Source: Girardia tigrina (lineage: Eukaryota). Taken from it: a stretch of 52,125 nt of DNA. Below the pieces are notes generated by a model, which was not told where the DNA came from, searched no databases, and was given only the letters and a program-made list of their open reading frames with translations. This document shows, in pieces, positions 27,101-39,100 of this stretch. Within the stretch, counting starts at the first letter, position 1. Each line of letters starts with the position of its first letter. A program made the position numbers and the translations under genes. The stretch is taken from positions 1 to 52,125 of the forward strand of contig MQRK01199284.1 of the NCBI GenBank assembly GCA_001938485.1, in the 5' to 3' direction.

Positions 27101-30100
27101 NNNNNNNNNNNNNNNNNNNATCACCGATGTGAGACTCGTGTTCCAGAATTGCTACATCTTCAATCCTCCGGAAATCGATCTGATCAGCATGACTCTGACG
27201 CTCGAGAACATCTTCAACTCGAAACTCGAAAAATTACCGTACCAAGAAAGCGACATCTCCTCCGGCATCAGCAACACCAACAGCGCCAAGAAAGACACGA
27301 AATCCAGCAGTATCAACAACGATTCGTCGTCGGAGCCGCCACCAGTGTGCGACATAAAGAAATCACTCCGGCCGACCACTAAGCGCATCAAATCNACCTC
27401 GAATTACAACGAAGCGACATCGACCCATGCGAGCAATTGTTCGATTTCTCCGGACGCGAAATCCAAATCGAAAAAACGGAAAGTCGAATCGTGTTACGAT
27501 TTATCGTTCGAGCTCCCAGAACATGTCAGACGGTCAATAGAGGCGATATTACCAGTCGATTGCGTCGCCATGGTGATCGAGCTCGCGTGGAACAAGAACG
27601 ACGCCAACCGCAACTGGGAGGACAGTCTGTGTCCCAAGTCCGACGCGACGAAGAGACTTCTAAAATTATATTTGTGTCTTTCTATTGGAGATTATATCAT
27701 ATACCGGTATATATAGAAGGAATTATGAAAAAGGCTATTTTGGATAATGCTATTATATATATATATATATAATTTTTACAGTAAACTGTAATTTATCAAA
27801 TAATTAGATAATTTCGATATTAAAATAAATTTAAAAACAATGATAATTATGAACATGAAATTTCCAGATTTTCTAATGACCACCTTTAATTATTTGTAAA
27901 GTAGAGGTAAATATTAATAATTTATGAATATATTGAATTTGATATTGATCATCATTACATAAAATTTATCGTATTATAAACTCAATTTCAAATTTTAAGA
28001 CTTTAAAAAGCGCTATAAATATATTAAAAAAAATAAATAATTATCTTTCTTTTGTTTATAAAATAGGAAAATTATTCCCCATTCTTAAAGCCAAAATAAT
28101 TGATAGAATTTTCTTATTTCAATTCCAAAATATTTACGCTTATATTTTTACATTAAAATTACAATAAAATACATTGTTGTATCTCTAGAATTTAAAATTA
28201 AAATAATTAAGTATGAATCTGATGTATTCATTTTAATTAAGAAAGTATTTACTTATTCATAATCTGACTGAAAATTAAAATACAAATTACTGGTTTAATT
28301 CTTCAAAAGAGACTACCGAAAAATGATATCTTGATTATATTCTTTTAAATTATGCCATTTAAAAACTGATAAATTTTCGTATTAACTTTGATCTGATTTT
28401 AAACAATTTTGGCTAAAATTTTATTCATTAACTGCCTCTACGAAAAAAATATAACTGCAAATATCTTTTTATATATACTTTTATTTTTTATTCATATAGA
28501 TGTAAGGAAATTTTGTAAATGTTGTTTTATTTTATATATCTCCTATCCAGATTGTTACTTAATATTTTAAAATTATCATTTTCAAATTATTTAATTTATA
28601 TTTTAAAATATTTAATAACTTTTTAAATGTTTTCTAATTTGAAAATAAAATGATTTAAAATTGGATTTTAATGTTTTAAGTGTATTTAACATTATTAAAG
28701 TTTATTATATTGAATAGTTTTGTAAAATAAATTAAAATTGATATTTTTGAATAATTTAATTCAGCAATATTTTGGATAATTAATTTAATGAATTTGGGTT
28801 CCATTTCAGATAGTGAAAATATTACAATAAAATCATAAATATGACAAATTCAGAATGTGCTATTGCAAATTATTGTAATGACAAATCTGTTTGTGTGATT
28901 AAAAGATGTATTTTTGTCAATAACATTAATGTTAATAATAGATATATAATTGAACGATTTGATAAATTTAATAGTAATAATTTATGAAGCCATAGAAATA
29001 ACTGTAAAGATATGATATTTCTATTAACATCGAATCTGATCTGTATTATATATTACTTTCCAAATGATAATATACCCACAAAAAAAGTTGCTGAACTTAT
29101 ACAAAATATTTTTTACAAAACTTAAAAAGGATAACTCTTATTATTTATAGTTTTAATTTCAATTATTGTTAAAATAGAATTTCATCTGTAATTATAAATT
29201 AATAGAATTTTTAATTTAATTTTCTGATATTTTATAGTTACTTAAAGATACTTAAAGCTATTTATTAAAAATGTGACGACATTCAAAAAGTACATCCAAC
29301 ATAGTTTGAGAAACACTTCTAAAGTAATATTTTAACTGTCAGAAAAATTAAATAATGTAACAGTTACTATCGGTTAAACCAAAATTGAAATTCATAATTG
29401 TTTAATTTTTCAGAAAATGACTTTCAATTCTGAACGACTTAATAAGAACTGTTTAATGACAATTATTACTCGTAGAGATACGAAGCACTTGTATACCTTG
29501 AATAGAATATTTTATGGTGCAAACAAATAACTTTTCCTCTATTCTTTTCATTTGTTTTTTTAAATCAACAATTTTATCTATTAAAGTTTGATCTATTAAA
29601 TTCTAACTTGTATATGTAGTTAAATATTATATCTATTTATCTGTATATCGGATTACGAAAAATTTGGTTGTTAATTAAAGATATTAACTCTTCATCAAAA
29701 GTGTAAAATATGTGCCATGTTATACAAAATCAATTAAATAACGTACCAGGTATATATTACCAAGGAAGGACTTGTTGAAATCATTTGGAAGATAACCGAC
29801 GTTGACCTTTTTTTATCTTTGAAAACTACAGTCAATACAAAAAAGGTTTGGGAACAGTCTTAAAACATTAGTATGTGAAAATCGAAATTTTAATTAATTA
29901 TAACAAATTTGTTTTCAAAATATGGAAGTTTTATCACTAAGAATACAAAATAACAATAAAAAATATTTTTTAATTTTATATTTTGATATTTTTTCAATTG
30001 GAAACTTACAAAAAATATATTTAGTTTTTTTAATTAAGAAGATATTAATAAATTAAATATAAAAAAAGGAAAAAAATTTGTTAAAATTTCTGATTAGCAA

Positions 30101-33100
30101 AACAAAATAAAATTGATGGCGGATACTGAAATCTCTAAAGAACATATGTTAACTGTTTTGCATTTCATGCAACTAAATAAAATATTTTATAAAATATTAT
30201 TTATTTATTTATTAACTTTATAATACATTCTATTTTATTTCCATAAAATTATGAAAATCTGACAGAAAATGAATATTTTTAATGAAATGGTAAAACTGTA
30301 CATTATACTTTAAAATTAAAATTTTAAATTAAGTTAGTAATACGTTTTTAATAGAGAAACACTGAAATACAAAAAGTCACAACAAATAATAAAGGTAAAA
30401 TTTCTAACTTGTTCTTAACAAATTAAAACCACCTTCAAGTATTCCGTGTGAGGGATCTATTAAATACGATATATATTTTGCCTTTTAAGCAATTTGTATT
30501 ACAAATATTTTACAAATATCCGCCGCAGTCACACCACTGCGCCACCCACTCTGTTATCAATGATTATTATTATTATTATTAATAATAATCATTATATATA
30601 TATATATATATATATATATGGTGAAGAATATTTTCGAATAATGTTTATTGTATGTTGTGTTTGATATATTGTTTTTAGAATTGGGTTTCTCCCACCCAGA
30701 TGGAAGATTGATAATTTCAATGTTTTGAACCGTCGCGATGGATTATTCAGGCAATTTAAAAATGTAAATGACAACTTTAAACTTAAAATAATATATTTTA
30801 ATTAATAAATATATAATAATATTTTAATCATAACTAATATATTTAAAATAAAATTAAAATATTCCTAAATTTATTTAAATTGTAAATTATTTCGTAATTA
30901 AAATTTGTTCGAATAATTAGAGGTTTAGAAATAGAATTAAAATTTATCAATCAAGAACGATGTCTACCTACGAAAGCTTAATGGAGGTATTTCGCGTTGT
31001 GATGTCTATAAAAGTATTGAAAATCATATCAGTATTCTTAATATATAGAATAAATAATATCTTTTATTATAATAAAAAATGTTAAATAAAAATTAGACTG
31101 AAAAATTAAACAAGTTAATAAAAAGTCTAGTGACAATTTAAGCGCAATTTCCTTATGTTATTCGTTGCCCAAATATTAAAACGTTTATATCAGTATTTGA
31201 CTATGATTAATTTTTTGTGACCGAACGAAAGGATATTTTTGAAAACTTTCTTCGGCAATATTGTTCTAAATTATTGCAGGAATCGATTGGTAAATGTGTC
31301 AAGTCGCTAAGTGGTCTGGTTGCCGAGATATAGGCCAAAAACTGCATTTTTTCGTGGTTTTTTTGTTTTTCCGGGAAATCCAGGAAGGAAATCCGGGGAT
31401 TTTTTTGGCCCACAATCATCCTCCGAACTTGCTTAACATATTTGCTTTTGGAACTAGCCCTCGATATTGCTTCATTGAGGAGGAGATACGACTTAAAGCT
31501 GCGGACACACATCCATCCATCCATCCACACAGAAATAACCAATTAATAATCGCAATTGTCAGTATGGAAATTGCGCTAAAAAAAATTGTTTATATTTAAC
31601 TGCTTATTTTTTTGAGCATTTTAATTATTAATCAATTGAGTATGATTTAATTAAAACTATATTCCTTTTTTACAGTCATTTTAAAGTTAAAATCCACCAA
31701 ACATTTGATGCTGCAGGACTGTCTACAAATACTCAACTATTTACCAAGAAAATTTACATAATATATCACTTAAAAACAGTCAAAGAAAACAAATGTCTTT
31801 TGTACACAATTTTAACATTCTTATGACTCGGTTCTGTTTCCTTATAAAATTAAAATATTGACTTAAGTGTCAGTTGTTTTGTAATAGATTAAGAAACTGT
31901 TTTTATATCAATGAAATATGTTTGTACATTCCTTTTTATAAAACTGAAATGGAATGATATTTAACTTTTTGTAGATATTTATGTAAAATTTAACCACATT
32001 TGACCGTCTTAACGTTAAGTCTTTGATATTAAAACGTCAATATGTTGAATTATATGATAATAATTAGATTTAAAGTTTGAAATAAAAGCAAAATAATGCC
32101 TAAACTAAATATTTTACATCAAAGTTAATAACTTAAGACAGATCATTCCAACTTGTTGCGCAAAATTATTACCAAATATCATTTTTGTATACAAAAAAAC
32201 AAAAAAAACAATCATCAAAACGGTTTTGGTTAATTACTCTTAATAATTTACTTTTGTAAACAATATGAATGTTTGGAATATAGCAGGATTTCTTAAACTG
32301 TGGGTTTTTAAGGTCACAAATAAAATTTTGGAAGAATGTATGTATTAAAATATGAATTTATACGAATATAGAAGAATATTTGTATGTATAAAGTTACTTG
32401 ATGAATAAATCTTCACAGAATGCTTATCTTTTTTATATTATTATGAGGTGACCGAAAATCTCAAAATTATAAATTGAGTCATGAATGAAAAACGTTAAAG
32501 AAGTCCTGTACTAGATAGTTGTATACATTAATTGTAATATCTTTTTTTGGAAATAAATAATTTATTTGATAATTTAATCAAGTAGATAAAAAAATAATCT
32601 AAAAACAAGTGAACGTCTTAGATTAATATAAATGAATCTATTTAATTAATTTTTCTTACGTATGTTAAAAACACGTATATATCTCTTCCGATTATTGGAG
32701 TTTTGTTATTTTTGTTACATTAATGTAAACCAACTAACATTTTTATACATGCAATATCTTATTCTAATTATTATAAAAAAATTAATTTTATACATAAAAA
32801 GAAAATATCTTATTTTTTTAACCATTTATAATTATCAAATATAATTATAAAAAATAAATTAAATTACATATGTAAAAGCAAACGTATGATTTGTTATGAA
32901 TGTTATGGATTATCTTTTAACAAGAAAGATAATACCATCCAAACCCCTTATGCAAGTCATCTACAAAAATAATTAACAGGATTACCGTAGATATTGGAAG
33001 AAAATACATTTATCTACTTCGAAGATTTTATATTAAGCTAATTTTTTTTATTCTTCAATCAAATCTAAATTCGTGTTACTGTTATGAATCATTATAATAA

Positions 33101-36100
33101 TTTAACAAATCTAATGAATTAACTACGAGAAGTGGAAAAGTAAAGATTCATAATCATTGTTTTGAAATTTAAAGATAAATTTATATATTTTCTTATTTTC
33201 ATTTATATTTTTATTCCAAATGTTTTCTCTCCACTCCAAAAACAATCTCTCAATTTGGATTCAGATGATTTTTAATCGTTTTATTCGAATGACAATAGAC
33301 TATTTTATTTGCTGTCTCGCTTTGCTGTAAATAATGTGTATAAAATATACCGTGCGATTCATAAGTCGTCGTCTCAAGATATGGAACTATACTGCGATGT
33401 AATGTAAAACTTTTTGAATATGATATAAATGTATTACGACATGGTTTTTTACGCAGTACAACTTGAATATATGAAAAGCAAAAAGTTTTACAATAATTGT
33501 TCAAAATGTTCACCATTTTTCTGCAAACACAGATTGCATCGCTCCACAAAATTTGTGTAGCATTTTCGAATGATGCGATGATCGATGTCTGAAAGCACTC
33601 TTGAAATGGCGCCTTGTAGTTCGTCGAGGTTCAGATAGTTATTTTCGATGGCGTAAACTCGATCTTTGACGTAACTCCATAGCTAGAAGTCAGGTATCGT
33701 CAAATCGGGAGACCGAGGTGGTCATTCATGGGGTCTTTTGATAAAACTAATGCTAATAGTACACCCTTAAAGCACTGAATACTAGGCTTAGTATATAAAT
33801 CAGTTATAAATAACTATAAATCAGAAATAAATTAAATAACGTAATGAATATATATATACTGGAAAGTCGAAACCAAACTACACAAAAAAATACTTTTATC
33901 AACCTGGATCGTGAAACGTTAAACGTAATCACCAATGATAAACCGCAAAGGAGACAAAAACAAAATCGTCGAAATAGTAATATAGGATAACACTTGGTAA
34001 AAACCCGATGTCTGAAAATAATTTTGACTTGAGTTATCTCGGAATATCAGAGGAATTGAAAAATATCAAAGGATTTCTTGTTTTTTATTTGTATTTTCGA
34101 AATTGTAGATTTTGGAGTAATAGAACTGAGATTTGAAATTTGTGTTCGATTGCTAAGTTTTCTTTTCTAGTTTCTGTGTCTTTTGGATTTTAACAATTAC
34201 TATTGTTACAAATAATATTCTGAGAATGGTTAAAAATTTTTATTGAATTGTTTGAGGGCGAGAGGACTAAAATAGGCGTTAAAAATAATAATTCCAAAAA
34301 AAATATAATCCGATGAATTAATATCTGATCCAAAAAGATAGTAATTTACTATTATTAAATTAGTAGATTATTACAATATCGATAATAATTAAAAAATCGA
34401 TGCATATGAAAAGGTAAGAAATAATTCGTTTAGTTAAAAAAAAATAATGAAATTTAGTTTTAATAATATTAAATTTATTTGGCGTAACTTTAAATTTAAA
34501 ATTAATTGAATAAAANNNNNNNNTAAAATAGAAAATTTCGCGAGTTCCGTGTTCCGTACCGATAGTAAAAAACTCAAAAATCATGATTGATTATTATAAA
34601 TATCTGAACGACTTTTGAAATTTTCTCCCTTCCAAACGTTGGTCGATGGATCATTCTGGAATGTACTGGCGAGAAAGAAACTCGATGAAATTAAATAGAG
34701 TGAGGAACCGCATTGAATCAATGGACATTTTAAGCATTTGTATAATGCCGGGTCTTCCAATCGATTTATGGTCACGATGGAATCATTCGACAAACCGAAA
34801 TTGACACACAAAAATGTGTTTCAGATCAAAAGAAAGCTGTGGGTGTANNNNNNNNNNNNNNNNNNNNNNNNNNNNNNNNNNNNNNNNNNNNNNNNNNGAA
34901 ATTGACACACAAAAATGTGTTTCAGATCAAAAGAAAGCTGTGGGTGTAGAATACGTCCGAGGACTTTCAAAGCAAAGATAAATCGGAATTTTTGAAAAAA
35001 CATCCGGTTGAATCGAAGCGTAGACTTGAATTTTAGCGGTGATGATAAATAGGTAATTATGTTGATGAAAAGTTTCATTATATAGATCAGTTATCGGAAA
35101 CTCATTGAGGCGGAATATTTGTGATAGAATATCTGANNNNNNNNNNNNNNNNNNNNNNNNNNNNNNNNNNNNNNNNNNNNNNNNNNTAATTATGTTGATG
35201 AAAAGTTTCATTATATAGATCAGTTATCGGAAACTCATTGAGGCGGAATATTTGTGATAGAATATCTGAACAATATAACTTGGAGAATGACAGTAAAATG
35301 AATAGTCTTCTCTTGAGATACATTATTTCGACAGAAACGAATAATTTGATGAATAAATAACTTTATATGGTTAATTTGATATAAATAAATATATAAAAGA
35401 AAATGCAATTTTTAAAATGAAAGGGCAATCCTAAATTACTACAGGGTCCTCTACGACCAATCCATCTTTGTGGGAAATGTTCATCCAGCCACGTTCGCGC
35501 TGCAATGCTGAAATGCGGGGATGCGCCATCATGTTGATACCAGTGTTGCGTGTTATCCCCAACAAAAGGCAGCAACTTTTGATTCAGAACGTCGACATAT
35601 CGTACCTGGTTCATTGTTTCACGGATAATACTGAAAGTTATTCCAAGGTCGTAGAAAACAGTTGCCCAAACAGTTAATCCCGGCGATTTCATAGGCACAC
35701 GAATCAAATGATGTCCATTCTCTTCAGAATAATAAAAAAGACTATGCTTTCGCACATGACCATTAAGGAAAAACGATGCCTCATCAGAAAAAATAATTCT
35801 TCTGCAAAAATTGGTGCCATTTTCTTTGATTATCCAAGAACAAAATTCAATTCTTCGATCTGGGTCATCTTCTGTTAACTCTTGTTGAAAAGAAAACTTG
35901 AAAGGCGTTACCTTTTATTGCTTGAGGTAACGATGAACAGAACTCTGCGAAGTACCAAGGACACGTGTAACCCGTCTTTGATTTGCAGTATCGTTTTCTT
36001 TCAAATACTGAACAACACTTTCCTTCATGTGTTCATCAGATGGTCTTCCTGATCGCGGTTTTGTTCACAAATTCCCCGTTTCTTCGAATTTCTTCTTCCA

Positions 36101-39100
36101 ATGCTGAACCGTTGTTCTCAGTAGCGGTTTACGTTTGAAACGCTCTTTAAAAATTTGACACGCTTTTGTGCAGCTTTCATAAACGATTGCATGACTAGTG
36201 ATGAAAACTTTATCTTTAATAGAAAATTCGACATTTCCACTTGCTTCAGCCATTGTACTGGCAGTTGGCGCATTTGAATAAAAGTGAAAGTACACAAACT
36301 AATATCATACATTTAAAATTTCAATTTTATAGATATTGAATAACCGGATAATCAATCAATAGGCCATAAACAATCAAAGGAATATAATTGAATATGAAAG
36401 TCTGCAGAAAACCATAGCTTTTCTTTGCTTTATAAGAGAAAATGTCGAGTCAGATATCTATCACCGCATCATTCGAAAATGCTACACGAATTTTGTGGAG
36501 CGATGCAATCTGTGTTTGCAGAAAAATGGTGAACATTTTGAACAATTATTGTAAAACCTTTTTCTTTTCATGTCTTCAAGTTGTACTGCGTAAAAAACCA
36601 TGTCGTAATACATTTAATCTGAAGGAATCTAATTTTAAGAAATCAATTTAAAAAATTAAATAAGAAATGTTGTTCGATTTCATAAATTTGTTCTCTAATT
36701 CAAAATAATTCGGACATCTGTTTTCAATTAAAAAGAATTCGGTTACCAATACTTAAAATCTGATAACATAACTATTATAAAAATAAAGCGATCTCAGCAA
36801 TAACTGGGTTATACTCTGAAATTGCTTTCTTTTTATAATGAGTATAAAATAAAATAAAAATGTGATAATTTACAATAATAAACTATATTAATCAATAAAG
36901 TTGAAACGGACAGAATTGGAAACATTTTTCTTCAGATCACAAAACAATAAATGATAGATTTCAGAAGGGTCAAATAATGGTAAGTTACTATTACGGAATG
37001 AGTTTGGAAGAAATATTTATTTGAATTGGAATTGCTCAGAATTATGGGTATATTTTTGGTTAACCAATCAAAGGGAGCCATTTCACTTAATCCAACAACC
37101 GATTGGCACACAAACACACCAGCTCTCTCTCATTGGCATACAGACTCGGCTCGGTACATACTCGCTCTCTCTAAAACAACTCGGTGCACATATTGACCGA
37201 CAAATCAATTGATTCTCGAGGAGTCACATGGGCAACAATTATTATGTTCGAAATGAACATAATTTAACTAAAATTAAATTTAAAAATAATCTCTGCTTAT
37301 TTGATTATTTAACTCATTATTCGTTGCTTATTTAATATTTAATATACCATGCTGGCCATAAAATTAAGCTTTTTTGGAAAAAAGTATTGTTTTGGTGAAA
37401 GACAGTAAAGACTCCATTTGATGTTATAATTTTTGCACAAAATAGTGGGTACATAAAAATAAACAACAATTCCAACATTTAATATGTTAATATTTTGTAG
37501 GGCAACATTTGGCAGCAATAACAGCTGCCAAGTGATTTGGCAAGGAATTCAGCAATGCCAAATGGTACTCAGGTATGATTTCGCTGCACCATACTTCAGT
37601 AATTTTTTTCTTTCAAATCGTTCCTAGATGTCGGTCGCAAAGCAAATACCTTTTTGAGTATCACGCAACAGTTCTTTATAGCATTCAGATCAGGTAAACT
37701 ACCAGGCCAGGGGTTAAGTACCTCCACCTGTTTTTGTTGTAGCTATTCACGCACACACTTTGCATAATGTGCTGGAGCACCGTCATGTTGAAATTTATCA
37801 CATTGACACCTTTGTATGGCTATCAAAAACTTCTCTTGTAACAATCCAAGATATACTTGCGCAGTTAATGTTGAAATTTTTAGCATAAACCACAGTGATC
37901 CACTACCAGCAGCCGAAATAGTCACCCATATCATTGTCGATTGTGAGTTTTAAACGCGCGAGAGGGTATATCTTTTACTATATCTCTCACCAACTGGCAG
38001 ACGGACATTGGTGGAGAAACTGTAGAACTGTTTAACCAATGTTTCGTCTGTGAAAAGGATTTAGTGCCATTGCTGCGGCCTCCAGTCAATTTATCGCTTT
38101 GCAAACGCCAACCTAACCCTAGTGTTCTTGGGAATAATCGTTGAGTGCATGCTGGACGGTAGGCACATAACAAAAAATCCACTTGTAATTTCCGCCGCAC
38201 TGTTTTGGTTTTAACAGACAAAAGTAATTGAGAGGTAATAAATGACGATGAAGCAGTGGGATCAGTTGTTGCAAGAAGCCGCATCATTCGATCAATTCTT
38301 TGTGAAGTTGAACGTTTTCTGCCAATTCGTTTTCTTGCAGCGTAAGAACATGTAGAACGATGACGTGCTAAGAATTGTTGTACCGTAGATCTAGCAACAT
38401 CTAATCGATATGCTATAACTTTGTGAGTATGACCATCTTCCTTTAAAAACACCATCTGTGACACTGTTGTAGGCAAAATGTATTTTCGGTGTCCCATGCT
38501 TAACAAACTCAAATAACAAAATGAATAATTTCCACACACGTAAACCGATATAAATAGGTACAGTGCGTTTCATTTAACAACAGCAAGATACGAAATTCTA
38601 ACCTGAAAAAATTGTTTGAATATAATTATCCAATAAAATAATAGTTGAAGATCTTTTAACAATAAAATTTACTATAGAAATTAATGTTACACACACTCAC
38701 ACAAGCATATACACACAAAAACACACATATATACATACATACAAACATCAAAACATTGTAGGGTCATTTAACAATTTAAGGCTCTTTTAACAGCAGTATC
38801 TCAGAGAAGTTTAAAAAATGATACGATTGAAAACCATTTCTTCGGCGTCAGACAATAATACTGACCCAGCAATGGATGTTTCTCATGACATTCATGATAA
38901 AAAAAACGAAAATCGTAAAATGTTTTAACTTTTTACTTGATTTACTTCCTCAATTTTCAGAGTTTCTAAGAATGACAAAGGGAGAATTGTATCGGCGTAC
39001 AATAAAGGACAAGATTATATCCTCTTGACTGATCAAATGAATATTACCAAGTCAACAGCCAGGGCTGTAATCTACAGATATAAAAAATACGGTCATGCAA

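Noticed and set aside
28800-29870. Weak coding-like segments with acceptor-like sites on +
   Set aside because: No consistent frame or family motif.
34798-35270. Direct repeats 34798-34847/34898-34947 and 35053-35136/35187-35269
   Set aside because: Each pair flanks an exactly 50-N placeholder gap, typical of unmerged contig overlaps, so probably an assembly artefact.
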